Assembly (NCBI GenBank): GCA_977020255.1
Contig: CDROCS010006332.1
Span: 1 to 64,000, forward strand
Direction of reading: 5' to 3'
Source of the DNA: Obrimoposthia wandeli
Taxonomy: Eukaryota
Length of the DNA stretch: 64,000 nt
Positions 46,720-59,811 of this stretch are shown one piece after another (within the stretch, counting starts at the first letter, position 1; every line of letters starts with the position of its first letter). A model generated the notes under the pieces. It did no database searches, had not been told where the DNA came from, and worked only from the letters and a program-made list of their open reading frames with translations. Both the position numbers and the translations under genes were made by a program.

Positions 46720-47830
46720 GTTATCAGAACAACGATGATGTTGATGTGTTCATCAGAGACTACGAACGACAATTCGTCATTGCCAAGATGGAGGAAAGAA
46801 CTCGATGAAGAATGGTAAAATAACTACTGGAATTTGAACTCATACTGCGATACGAAAATGTTTATAGGGAAATAAAGAGCTCTGGGAAAAGTTTCAGTGT
46901 GGCTTACATCACTGTATCAACGATGCAGAAATTCCGAAGGAAATATAAATGAGATATGTAATGACTGTAATGGGGAAAAAATTAAACTATTAAGAAAATG
47001 TCGCGTGCTAAGAATCCAAACAAGTAACAAGTGTTGATCCAAAAACAACAGTACATTAAGGAGTAAGTCAACGAGCTACAGAAGAACAGAGTCACCCAGA
47101 AAAGTCATAGACGATCGCCAAGTTGTGCGATAATGTTGGCCCTGTGGTGAAACAGGAGATAGAAGGAGATAATCTCGTGATAAACCGATTAAATCATTAT
47201 TTTGTGTTATGTGTTGGGCCACAGAAGACAAGAAAGTCCCACTGTCGAAGATGTCAAGCTCGAGGATATAGAACCTCAAAATATTATACGGAATCAGATA
47301 GACAAAGTATTGGAAAGAGAAGAAGTGAGCAGACGTCAAGGAGACATTAGCTGCACGAAGAGAGCAGGAGACAGCAGTCAGTATCATCTAAGCACAAGAT
47401 CAAGCCGAAGAGATTATAAGAGTCACAGATACAAGTGCGGCATCGACAGAGGGAACCAGATTGCAATGCCGGAGTAGGTAGATGTTGCACTTCTGGAACA
47501 AAGACCCCCTTACTGAGGACAAAATGTATTTGTTCTACTTTTTAGGTGACTCATCGATTATGTCATCGATTACTCAAATCCTTTGTTCTCCTACACATGA
47601 CTGATCACGTTTCCTCATGAGTTCATTTGAGGTCATGTTAAGGTCAAATTTCTCCCATGTACACCTGATATTTCAAGGTCCAGGTCACATGAGGTCAAGG
47701 TCATGTGATGTAGGTAAAATTTATCTCTAATGTACCTTATCAGGGGACTTTGTTCCAGAAGTGCCACATCTACCTACTTGCCGGCAATAGGTTTCAGAAT
47801 CGAGAAAATGAGAAGTTGACTGTTTGCTGT
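46720..47830 (+). pseudogene. Decayed LTR-retrotransposon gag-like region
   Basis: DVDVFIRDYERQF... and a degenerate zinc knuckle (YKCG...PDC) interrupted by the 306-bp insertion. Confidence 0.5.
47473..47778. mobile_element. 306-bp non-autonomous element (MITE-like) with Polinton-type ends
   Basis: 36-bp TIRs AGTAGGTAGATGT(T/G)GCACTTCTGGAACAAAG(A/T)CCCC with 2 mismatches; TSD TGCCGG at 47467-47472 and 47779-47784. Confidence 0.93.
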
Positions 47831-49599
47831 TGAATAATATGGAAGAACTAGAAGGCTTTCAGAGGATTTGAGTAATAAAATATCCTAAGAAAGTGTGTAT
47901 AAAGTTTTAAACATAATCTCGAAATTATAGATAAAAAAAGAAAGAAGCCAATCTCAGAAAAGAATCCCAGAAACAAATTCAAATTATTAATAATAAAACT
48001 TCGAAGCATCTCTGTAAACATCTCTTGAAAATGCCCAATCAGATAGTTTGGTCAGTGGGCTCGAAAATGTCGAGATTCGGTGAGGTGAATTAACAATTGC
48101 CAATAAATTTGATCTCATTTCCATTTCCTCAGACGCCGCGATCAAAAACAGCGACTTCCACTACCAATGGACCAAAATCAGCTGGATCCAAGATCCTCTC
48201 TCTTCTCAACGTGCTTTATCATCAGTGAAGTCCGGCACGGTATTGATGCGTATTTTATAGGCGATACATTTCTGGTTTGGTAGAGGCCTGAATCAACCTT
48301 TAATAACCCCTCAAATGTGACCAAAATCTGAAGCTTATATCATCTTTGGGATTATTCTCAACAACTGAATCATTGGAAAATTGTGATAAAAAGGGAATAT
48401 TCTTTATAGTATGTTATATAAAACATGTTAAATTTTCTATTTTATGCAGACTATTTACATGCATCATTTGAAGGGATAATTTGCCTTTCTCACGAATATC
48501 TCACGAATACAAATTTTACGTTCACCTTTTGATTGAAATAAATTTGTTTAATGAATTGGTAATAATATTGACTCGTAATGACTCATCTATTTTATTGATG
48601 ACTTGCATTTAATAGCACTGATTATTTCTATATGAACCAATGAATCAATTCTCTTATCCGCGATTTAACTTAATTTCAATAACGTTCTTCACCAGAGCCT
48701 CAAGTTAATTCTCTCGCCATTCGAAATCCTGCTCTAGAAAACTAGAATTTCTGAGGTTTCATTCCAGTTGAGATAATTTCTGAAACCTTCGACACAGGGT
48801 TCTTTCCGGCTTTAAAAATCTTGAGGAAACATACACTCTAACTCTAACACTTTCTCGACCAACTTTCAACAAATTGATCTACTGTTCTGGGGTACAAGCA
48901 CTTCACCTGCACTTTTCTCGAAAGACACACATACAAGACCCCCTACTTACAAAGTTTATAATCCAACTCCCTTTGTTACAAAATGTTTAATGGATAAAAT
49001 TGTTGCACTTTTTTATTTAAATAACGTCATTATTCATAAAAGTCTGTATCAAAAAACAAGTGAAATGAAACTTGGTATGCTCTAGAATCCCCAGTATACT
49101 AATAAAAATAAAACTACACTCAAAGATATCAAGAAATGTTGTTTTAAGAGAAACATAATATCACCTGAAGAACTCTGGGATAAAGATGGTAGAAGTTTAT
49201 TGTTATCGAATCAAAAGATATTAACTGCTCAAATGGTGTCATATAGGCATAGTAAATCAGAACATTGGCAAAATCGGATAAAAACCTACAGTTATCTGCA
49301 ATACAAAAGACGGAAAGACGGAGTTGATCTTGATTGTAAAGTTTTAAAAAATCTTGTAAATAAAAGACAGCATTAATTAATTAAATTTTGATTTCAATTT
49401 CCTCGGCCATACTGATTTAAAACTTTAGTAAAAGAGAATTAATTCTTGATTTACCATAATAGCTTTTGCGGAGGCAGTCTGTTATTATGCAAACTGGAAT
49501 TACTTTGATGAGGTGTGGTGCTCATTTCTACATTCTGTAAGTTTGTCATTTGTTTCGTTTGAATAATTTAACTTATTTATCCCTGACACATGGACGGAA

Positions 49600-50640
49600 G
49601 AAGCTTAAAAGACCAAGATAGTGTAACTCTTGGCAGCTGACAAAACCCTTCTCGAAATAGCAAAGTTTCCAAATAGACATCCACGAACATTGAGAAATAT
49701 TCTAAAAATGGTCAGAAACAGCGTACTCGACGGGACGAGGGATTAGGAGGAATGTTAGTAGGCGACAGATAATCCTGATGAGGAAATCAGAAAGCAGCCA
49801 TCCGCTCTCTTCAATTAACAAAGTCTTTATCACCACTCGAGTCGAATGTTTGTCCCGTGCTTCAAGGTGAAGAGTTTTGAAACGGTTGCAGATAAGAGAA
49901 CTGCAAAGAAAGGGACACCGTTATCGAATACCAGCGTGGGAAAGCGCCTAGAATGGGAAAGGGAAACTTCCAGACAGACTTCAAACATGTTTTCTTCTCT
50001 GATTTATGCTGTGTCCCCTTAGATGGTCCTGTTGACTTGACAGCAAGGTGGAGCTGAGAAGGGTTTGGGCAGCACTCCATGCCGACATGTTGATTGGACC
50101 GTATAAGGCTCCAGATGGCGGGAAAATGGACTCTGGCAGTTTGATTGAGTTTGTATAATGTACCACTTACCACAGGCCGAACAAAGATGAGCGGCTCTCA
50201 TTCAAGACCAATCAAGATCCGTATGAAACAATGTTGTTGAACGACGACAAGGGTTGGTTGGCTAGAAAGATTTGAGAAGGGTTGGTTGGCAAGAAAGATT
50301 TGAGAAGGGTTGGTTGGCAAGAAAGATTTGAGAAGGGTTGGTTGGCAAGAAAGATTTGAGAAGGGTTGGTTGGCAAGAAAGATTTGAGAAGGGTTGGTTG
50401 GCAAGAAAGATTTGAGAAGGGTTGGTTGGCAAGAAAGATTTGAGAAGGGTTGGTTGGCAAGAAAGATTTGAGAAGGTCGCACGATCTTCTGATCAAACTC
50501 AATCGACAATTACAGAGCAGTGTTTAATAAATCGGCTTAGTCATAATTTGGGCCATGAATACTTTTCACCAAAACAGAAGCAAATGAATTACCGACCTTG
50601 CCCGAATTCATATCAGATTGTGCTCCTTTAATGAAGAAAG
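49600..50640 (+). pseudogene. Tc1-like transposase remnant
   Basis: LEW...TDFKHVFFSDLCCVPLDGP resembles Tc1 W..V.FSDE...LDGPD; MNYRPCPNS resembles W.P.SPDLNP. Confidence 0.5.
50251..50474. repeat. 28-bp minisatellite, 8 copies
   Basis: GGGTTGGTTGGCAAGAAAGATTTGAGAA x8, with one substitution in unit 1. Confidence 0.98.
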
Positions 50641-51610
50641 CCATACCACACATGTTTATACCTTGTTGATTTAATTAAGAATTTCCAATAATCTTTCGCC
50701 TAAGTTTGAAATTTTATATGAAACGAACTTTTTGATGCATTTTAAAATAATTATGAAACTGTCTTTGACCCTTCCTTCAGAAACGTTTTGCACGTTAAAA
50801 GCAAAAGCCTTTCCATTTCTATACCATTTAAAGTTTGAAATTTACTGTCCATTCAAGTTCCCCGCTGCCAGTTGCAGGTGCCGACATTGCAGATGCGAGG
50901 GCATTGGTTTCATCTCGGCTCTACATAAGTCGATTTAAGTTCACATTATTGCGATAAATAACAAAAAATTATTTTTAACATGAATTGAAAATAATCACTT
51001 AAAATAAATAAATAGTAAAATAATTTGTTGCCAAATTATAATTACAAAAATATACAACTATCTTCGATTTTAAAGTTATAAAAGAAAAATGCATTGTATA
51101 AACAAATTCGAACTCGCTTAAAGACCTAAACTGCCACATGCCATACCAAAAGATAGAGGGGAACAGACAATGAGTCGGGCGTCTTGACAAAATTAAAGGT
51201 TGTCAAGTTAGGCATTGGCAGAGTTTCGTCAGGTTTAGTTACAGCGGAGAAGCTGCACGCGCGGTGATGGTCCCAGATCTACTTACTCCACTTGATACAG
51301 TCCACACTCTCACCCGCCAGCCAATCGATTTCACTATTTCTGTTAATATATTTGTTTTATTTCAGAACAAATGGAAAATCATTGCAATCGTTGCAATCCC
51401 TTTAAGTGAGCTTCATTTTTTGTCATTTGAATTTGTTTTTTAGTTCTCATTGCTATGTTTTTTACTGGAGCCGCAATGATTTGTCACTACAAGATCGTTC
51501 CTTGGTTTGTTGAATTTTATGTTAGATGAAGATGTAATACCTTTTTTAATTGCAGTTTAAAGCGAAGTCATAAAGATTATACATCTGTATCAACGGGAAA
51601 TGATCGGGGA

Positions 51611-52972
51611 ATGGCGTCTGAAAATCTCGATAAAGAAAAAGGGAGGCTAACAATCTTGTTAGAACTTTTGAAGGTAAACAAATATGAGGAACACGATAAA
51701 GAATCATTATTGGCAAATTTAATAAAGGTTGAAGACACATATAGCAGCGACGATGTCCAGCTGAATGATTTGGTGCAGAATCTCAGATGCAACGTGGAGC
51801 CCAGTATTGATTGTGAGACGATACGTAAAAATGTATCACTCTTGATGAGCCATTTGTTGAAATATTGGAACCCTGATTGTTCGGCTAACATAACTGTGAC
51901 CCAGCATTCCAACATGGCTTCAACTACGCCTGTGGACGCTAAGGAGCCTTCATCGCCCATATCATCTGTGTTGCAGCCTGGGCAGTTCGTCGAAGCCAAG
52001 CAAACGCCAAGTAAAAATTATGTACCACAAAAGTCAGACCCAAAACAATCAACATCATCAGAATCTCGATCAACAAAAGATGGCACTAAAAAACCTAGGG
52101 CTAAAACTACAAAAAATACAACATATTCAAGCCCTGGAGTAGAAGAAGAAGCAAAGAAAACAAGTTCTGAAACTGCAGAAGAAGCAAAGAAAACAAGTTC
52201 TGAAGCTGCAGAAGAAGCAAAGAAAACAAGTTCTGAAGCTGCAGAAAAAGAAAATAAATCAAATTCAAAACCTACAGAAGAAGCAAAGAAAACAAGTTTT
52301 GAAACTGCAGAAGAAACAATTAAATCAAATTCCGGAGCTCCAGAAGAAGAAAAGAAAACAAATTCTGGAGATACAGAAGAAGAAAGGAATGCAAATTCAA
52401 AGTCTGCAGAAGAAGAAAAGAAAACAAGTTCTGAGGCTGCAGACGAAGCAAATAAAACAAATTCTGGAGCTCCAGAAGAAGAAAAGAAAACAAATTCTGG
52501 AGATACAGAAGAAGAAAGGAATGCAAATTCAAAGTCTGCAGAAGAAGCAACAAGTTCTGAGGCTGCAGACGAAGCAAATAAAACAAATTCTGGAGCTCCA
52601 GAAGAAGAAAAGAAAACAAATTCTGGAGATACAGAAGAAGAAAGGAATGCAAATTCAAAGTCTGCAGAAGAAGCAAAGGAAATAAATTTTGAAGCTGCAG
52701 AAGAAGAAAGGAATGCAAATTCAAAGTCTGCAGAAGAAGAAAAGAAAACAAGTTCTGAGGCTGCAGACGAAGCAAATAAAACAAATTCTGGAGCTCCAGA
52801 AGATTCAGCAGAATCGAGTCCTGAAGTGACAAAAGAATCGATAGTTTATTCTGGTATGGAGACTGACGTAACAGCTGATCAAAAATGCCCCACAAGTGCA
52901 ACAACCTCAATCGGATCCTCTACCCCACAGATGGTGCGTGCTTCAATAAGAAATTCTGAAAGGAAATCGTAG
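51611..52972 (+). CDS. 453-aa protein: helical N-terminal region plus 20 hydrophilic 11-aa repeats
   Basis: Longest ORF in the window; 33-nt repeat units at about 52140-52800; the only indel in the array is an in-frame 6 nt. Confidence 0.7.
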   Translation: MASENLDKEKGRLTILLELLKVNKYEEHDKESLLANLIKVEDTYSSDDVQLNDLVQNLRCNVEPSIDCETIRKNVSLLMSHLLKYWNPDCSANITVTQHSNMASTTPVDAKEPSSPISSVLQPGQFVEAKQTPSKNYVPQKSDPKQSTSSESRSTKDGTKKPRAKTTKNTTYSSPGVEEEAKKTSSETAEEAKKTSSEAAEEAKKTSSEAAEKENKSNSKPTEEAKKTSFETAEETIKSNSGAPEEEKKTNSGDTEEERNANSKSAEEEKKTSSEAADEANKTNSGAPEEEKKTNSGDTEEERNANSKSAEEATSSEAADEANKTNSGAPEEEKKTNSGDTEEERNANSKSAEEAKEINFEAAEEERNANSKSAEEEKKTSSEAADEANKTNSGAPEDSAESSPEVTKESIVYSGMETDVTADQKCPTSATTSIGSSTPQMVRASIRNSERKS

Positions 52973-53659
52973 AAGGAATGCATGTGAGTCACGTTAGAAA
53001 ACATTTTTCTAAATAATTCTGATTAAAGTACAAGTTCCTCTTTTGATCAGCAGTCAGAAATCTTTAACATTTCCTTTGAATGTGAAATTTAAGATTGAAA
53101 TTCATAGTAAATATTATTTAAGTTTCGTCATAAAAGTCTTTGTAAGATTTTATTTGAATATGACTTGAATACGATTCGTGATATGTTAATCTTTTATTTT
53201 ATAGAAATTTTATTTCACACATCTTCTTTCCCAACTGCCAATGTGCCTTACCAAAGCTTTTAAAATAGAGAACTGCGTTATTAGTGATGTAGCATATAAA
53301 GTCATGGTTCCATATATTATTTTTAGACGAAATTCGATTGGTTAAAGGATATTTCTCAATGGTATTAACAAAATCCGGTACAAGGTGACCCTACATTTTA
53401 CTTGAATGAGGATATATAGAGAGACCTTTTCAAAAGACTCTGTCTATCTTTTGACACCGCCCATATTGAATTTGTCACCATTGATTAAGAAGATGGAAGT
53501 GCAAAGAATATTCCACGTATTTTTGTGTTGTTTAAGTATGAATATCCTAGCTCTGCTCTTTCAAATGACGAATCTTTATTTGTTAAATGTATTTATGAAG
53601 TGCGAATTGCCTGGAAATGGAAATATGACGAAAGGTTGAACTGTTGAAGCTGCTAATTG

Positions 53660-54055
53660 GGACGGGTACTCCCATGTCCTTTAATCTTATGCGTGTGTGG
53701 AGTGAAATTCCATGCATGTGTACCCGGTCAAATCCACCCTACCCACCCTGTTAAAAGCGGGGTTCCAAAAATATTCGTGTTCTGTCGGACGCGAACGTAC
53801 GTATCTCATTTAAGTCCGTATTTACTCAAAAAATTATGAAAAGAAATACAAGACAAAATTAATTTCAATACATTTATTAAAAAATATAAGACATCATATT
53901 AGTTTCACTGAAAGTATTTATATATTATGGTCGGTGGAGTAGATTAGACCAGACACACAAGCTCTAAATTTCACTCCACACAAGCATGATTTCAAAGGAC
54001 AGGGCTATCCCCACTTGGGAAGGGGTGGATTAGACTGGACACATACATCATGCTG
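53660..54055. mobile_element. Inverted pair of Polinton-TIR-like sequences (eroded mini-element)
   Basis: TGTCCTTT...TGTGTGGAGTGAAATT...GGTC(A/T)AATC at 53675-53740, inverted at 53940-54000. The right end (reverse complement) begins AGCATGATGTATGTGTCCAGTCTAATCC. No TSD found. Confidence 0.6.
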
Positions 54056-57000
54056 TCGTGTACATTATCGCCTATTCGAAGTAATGTGTCAGCAGGAAGC
54101 TTAAAATCAGCTGCCATCTTTCTTTTCTGCCATCACTTATTTTGATGGTGTAAGTTCTGGAAAATCCCAGTTGATGGCAGCAGCATGTAATTGTTCTGGA
54201 GAAACGGCTGATCATTTGAAAATAAAATATTTTAGAGTTTGAATAAAACGTTGAGAAGGATCTTATTTTGTTATTTATACATTATGAATGAGGAGAAACA
54301 ATAGTTATTCGTTTGGAATCTGCTATCCAGTCTCATCAGCTTCTGGGTGCACTCTTCTGACAATACATCAAAAGGTTACTTCGTGATAAAGCCACGTTTC
54401 ATCATCAGTCCACAGTGAGACTATCGCAATTCCACAGCCTTCCTCAAACAATTATTTTGACTGTTTTCTTTTTAGTCTGCTTTTTAACAATGTAAAGACA
54501 TATTTAATCAAGCCAAATGCTGCAACATTCTCTGTGTACTCCTGGACCAGAAGAAGCGGCAGATAACTGAGTGGTGACTTTGGTATTCCTGTATACGTCT
54601 CAATGTCACGTACTGGAGGATTTATGTCCTATCTAAAGTGTAAAAATTGGCTGCTTCTTTGTTTTATTCCAGAATGTAATAGGTAAAGAATGTAGAAAAG
54701 TAGAACGAGTTAATGACGTGTGAAATCAATATCATGAACAGGCTAGTAATTGCCACTTCCAAAGAATTAAAGTTAGTCATCAAGTCCCAATACCCTTGGA
54801 ACAGAGAACTATCTATGGTGTTATTTACTCTACTGCGGACATCTATAGCCTTGAATAATTGATGGATGTCATGTAAACTAAGACTGCTATGTACGTAGAG
54901 GTTTAGCACCAGACCTAACTCCGGGTAACGATGCTACAATCCCAGCGATGCTGTAATCTTGAATATGAAGCTGGAATATTTAATATGAATACAAAGCACA
55001 ACACAAATCAGCTTCAAAATGCAGTCGTAAAGGTTATTTAAAATTGCTGAAAACATTAAACACGGAGAACTTTTGTCTTTCGGAATGTCCAAATTGAACA
55101 TTAAATTCCAAAGTTTATAAAAATAATTAGTTAAACAATCCAATTTCACACTTTAAAAATCTTTTATATAACCCTGTTTAGATATGTAAGGCTGATTCGC
55201 AAAGTCGAAGACAATATTTATATTTGCACAAATCCATAAATGTTACAAATTGCGACATGTGACAAGTGGATATCTATTTAAATAAACACATTCAATTTAG
55301 ACCTTTTTGGTGGGGGTATTCAGTAAAGATTATTGTTTAAAGTACCATCACAAATTTCTATGGAGGATACTTATTATTTGTTCAGATTTATAAATGTTTA
55401 AAACCCTCTCTGGTTATTTAATGAAGCTTAGAGGATTTTTTCTGGTTGCATATTTGAAATTGACAGACAGAGAGTGAACTATGGTGGGCCCTCCATTAAA
55501 AGACATATTTGAACCTTTGTATAAGTTAAACAACTGGTACTCTGAGAAGTGAGTCCAATTTATACTTTGTATGGGTATTTTTATGGTTTGGTATGACCAA
55601 GGTGCATCATGGTCAATATAATATTGAAAGAGGCTAAATAATTCTGTCATTTCTATTTCAGGGAGGGTCCGGAACATTCTCATATGGTCATGTAATTTTA
55701 TATCTAATCAGAGCATTTTGTGTGAAAGATTTTATGTCATTAACTATTTTTGATGATGCCTCATGTGATTTATTTGTTGTCTACATAAACATTTACAATT
55801 CTCAATCTGACTTCTTTACTTTAATAAATCATTTTGTTTTCATTTATTTAAGACTAATATTTAGCTTTATACTACCAGTCACCATTTTGGGTACGACTGT
55901 TATCTTTGAAACTAATACAACTATTTGGGAAACATTGGATATTTATAAACAGATAATTAAGGAAAATATTAAATAAAAGTTTTTTCTTGCACTTCTTTAT
56001 TTATATTAATTTTAGAACCAAAAAGGTCATAAAAATAAATAAATTTTAATTTGTTAACGTTTCTTTTGTAGAATTTTATTTTTGTTAATTATCATATGAC
56101 TAAGTTTGACTTTTTATTTATTAAAGTTAACATAGTTATTTAATCGATTATTTTGAAAGATGTTACTAGCAGTACATGACACCAGAGGACTCAAATTGGG
56201 ATGTATCGCTCCTTATAGGCAAGGAAAATTGTTGAGGAAATATTTCAGATTGAAGTGAAAACTTCAGATATATTTTGAAATAAATTGTATCTTGAATACA
56301 AAATTATTTTTCAAAGATTGAAACAAAAACAGCAAAACTTCTAAGTCCTTAATAAAAACTTTCTAGTTTCGAACTTCCGAAATTTCTTAGAATTTTAAAA
56401 TCTTTTTCATTAAACTGAACCGACATGAACTCGAGGGTTGTCTGTAAATGCACAGGTTCTTTTCCGTCACAAGTCTGTCACACTTCACCTGACCTCAGCG
56501 AACTCGAGGGTGTTGTTGTAGAGGTGCACATGGAAGGCCTGCAATTACAGTAAACATCCGACTGCAATGATTATTCGTGTGAATATCAAATTGGAATGCG
56601 ATAAACATTGGACATCAAAGGATAAACCAACATAGCCCTTCCATGGTTGACATTTTGTGCATTAAATTCTGCAAATATTTCTTGTGCAGTGTAGAGGATG
56701 TTCAAATGGGCGACAATTCTTGATTGATTCATTAAATGTTACAAGAGAGGCTATTCCCAAAACTGTGAAAAACAAGGAAATATTGCAATAAGTAGATCTT
56801 CATTGTTATTTGAATATGCGACATTTTTAATTAGTTTTATCAAACAGAGATTTGGCACTTTAAAACGAATAAATGTTTTAATTAAAAACTGAAATTACTG
56901 AGAACATAAAAATATGAATGGAACCATTTCGTAAAGTGTTGTAATTAAATATTGGCTATTTGTGCAAATTTTTTAAAGATTTTTTTTCTTTAGATTATAA

Positions 57001-58949
57001 ACCAGTTTTTAAGAAATCTGTAAATTATAACGCTGATAGTTCATTTAAGATGAAATTTATCACAAGAATAAATATACAATGTGTACCAGCTTATAAAAAT
57101 CTAAATTAAATTTCATATAAAATGTTTAATAAAAAAATTGTATTCATTTTCTAACCAAATTTTAAATAATATATTTGCTATTTTTTTCAAAATCATTTTT
57201 ATTTATTAAAATTCTTTTTTCAAATTAAACATTTTACATAGATTTTACTACACCTATATTTTTATTACCCTACAATAAATTTTTATATTTCTAAAACAGT
57301 TTTAATGAGTAACATTTGTCTGCACCACCGAACAACCCAAATTAAGGCAGATTTTTAAAATTTTAATTGCCTTATAATTATTATGCAAACTTAAAATAAA
57401 TTTTATGAGCAAAATTATTAAAAATTTTATTTTAAATAAAAACACTAAAAATTATATAAATGATGTAAAATATTTAATAACAATAATTGAAATAAAATAG
57501 CACTTTGTGTAATTTATAAAAAAAATGTTCAAAAATAAAGTGTAAATTATAAAAATATAAGTTTAACTAACAAAAAATGGCAGTATTCGATAGTCTTATA
57601 CAATGAATTTTAATTTTTTAATATATAAAAAAATGAAATAGGTGACCTATTTTATTAATTTAAAATTTAATATATAAGCGTTACAAGTATTCCTTACATG
57701 AAGCAGAAGGATAATACAAAATTAGCCAGTAGATTGCGGCAGGAGAGTTGGACGACGCCCAGTTACAGATTTAATTTTATAAATTAAATAAATCAGGATG
57801 TATTTCATTTGTACATCTGCTATTCGTTCCCATTTGATGCAAACTTCTGATCAAGAACCAAGCGTCTGATAGTTCGCGAATACTTTGGGTTTGAAAAGAC
57901 TCCGGTATCTTGTAATATGGTGTCCTCCACATGATATCTACCCGAGCAGTTTTGTTCCAAGAACTGTTATCAAAAGTTCCACTTTTCAGTGGTTATATAA
58001 TCAAGAGCCATATTGACAGATTAAAAAGCATATGACTATTTTAATGCATTTGGATTATTATCATACAAAATGTATTCCAAAAATTTATAAACTTTTTCTA
58101 AACTTTTTTTAATGATTTTACACATAAAATTGAGATAAAAATAAATGGTAAAACATCCAAAAATAAAGTTTTAACTTCTTTTAATAATACTTAATTTTTT
58201 TTGTGAGTTTTTAGCGGCAAATTTAAAAGTGGGAATACTTTCGAATACTGCCCAGAAAATTAAAACTTGAATTTTAAATGTCATTTCAAAAACGGGTAAA
58301 AGTCAAATTTAAATGTTAACTAAAATATGCGGTATATGGAAACTTTTGCAATGCATCGTACATCCAAATAAGGCACACGAACATGATCATCGCTTAAGAT
58401 GTTTATTAAATAAATTACATCGCAAATTTATTAGAAAATGTTGCTGTGAAAATGGGAATTCTATACAAATAATCATTCAATTTAAATTACAAACAATCTG
58501 GGTGCAATGAAAGTCAGCATTCAACATTAAACCTTCAATTCTTCTAGAAAATGTTTAAGCCTTTTCTTATTTATAATTTTTCAGAATCAATTACTAATTG
58601 TTCCTTACTTAGAGTTTTAAAATACTTGCTCTGAAAACATTCTCTGATCTGTGTGTTCATTTGTCAAATGAAACTTTTGTCTGAAATGATCGATTTTTTA
58701 ATTCTAGCTCCTATGTGAGAAATAAATCGATCCTCGGTTACATTTTCCTTATTAAAGGGTAGAAAAATTGCAGGGTTTATGTTCCCCGCCTGGAGCCATG
58801 TTCAGGTACTAGCTATTACATATTAGACTGTCTCATAAGTACTTTCGTTTTTTCAAGGACATTCTTCAGACGTTTCTTAAAATACTTTCAAATTATTTAT
58901 CATTCGAAAGCGCAAAAAAGAAAACATTATGAAAATTAAATCAAAGGTG

Positions 58950-59655
58950 TAAAGTTGAACCATACGAAATGTCAGAAAATCAAAAAGGAAAAGTGTAGAA
59001 ATTTGTGAAATATTATTGAAATATCCATTGGATGATAAATTTTTTTAAAGAATTATTACTAGTGAAAAGAAATGGGTTTATTTATGTAACTCAGATAAAA
59101 GAAACCAGTGGTTAGATGTTGGTCAGTCCAAACAACCGGTAGCTAAATTCGGAAGTTTCGACAAGAAGTACTTACTGTGAGTTTGGTGGAATTTTGAACT
59201 ATTAATTCTGATCTCTATTGTGAACAATTAGATACAATGCATTCATATCTGTAAGATAAACATCCTTATTTAGTTAACCGAAAGAAAGTAGTACTGCAGC
59301 AAGATAACATACGTCTAAAAACGTTTGAAACACTATAAGGGTTTGACGACATCGAATTGTTACCACATCCAGCTTATATCCCAGAATTAGCTCCTTCAGA
59401 TTACCCCCTGTCTAGATCGATGGCATCTTTTCTGAAAGGCGGGTGTTTCAATGATCTAGATGGTGTGGAAAAGTGGAGTCTGGAGTCTAAATCCAAGGAC
59501 TGGTATTTTCGTGGAATCAGACAATTGGCAGAAGGGTGGCAGAAAACCACAGATCATGATGGACTTTATTTCAAATGTTGATCTGTTTGTGTTTTTGGTA
59601 ATTTTCATTTAAATATTTTCTGCAAAACCCCAAAATAAATGATACACCTCAATAC
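58950..59655 (+). pseudogene. Mariner transposase remnant with probable right TIR
   Basis: FLKRIITSEKKW and LPHPAYIPELAPSDYPL...GIRQLAEGWQK...DGLYF match mariner FL.RIVTGDEKW and HPPYSPDLAPSDY. Confidence 0.9.
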
Positions 59656-59657
59656 TA

Positions 59658-59811
59658 TTGGAGAATACCTACTTTTATCCTCTACATGGGTGGGAGCTAG
59701 CTTGGAGAATACCTACTTTTATCCTCTACATGGGGGGAGCTAGCTTGGAGAATACCTACTTTTATCCTCTACATGGGTGGGAGCTAGCTTGGAGAATGGG
59801 GGGGAGCTAGC
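59658..59811. repeat. 44-bp tandem repeat, about 3.5 copies
   Basis: TTGGAGAATACCTACTTTTATCCTCTACATGGGTGGGAGCTAGC at 59658, 59702, 59745 and partially at 59789. Confidence 0.95.

Noticed and set aside
50198-50509. Repetitive ORFs and a possible CRISPR-like array at the 28-bp repeat (also the 44-bp repeat at 59658)
   Set aside because: Units are head-to-tail without spacers, there are no cas genes, and the context is eukaryotic. The ORFs are by-products of a stop-free repeat.
52299-52910. Overlapping Leu/Gln- and Lys/Gln-rich ORFs
   Set aside because: Alternative-frame and antisense shadows of the 33-nt repeat gene.
54060-55700. Decayed coding-like segments on the minus strand
   Set aside because: No consistent frame or splice model and no recognisable domain.
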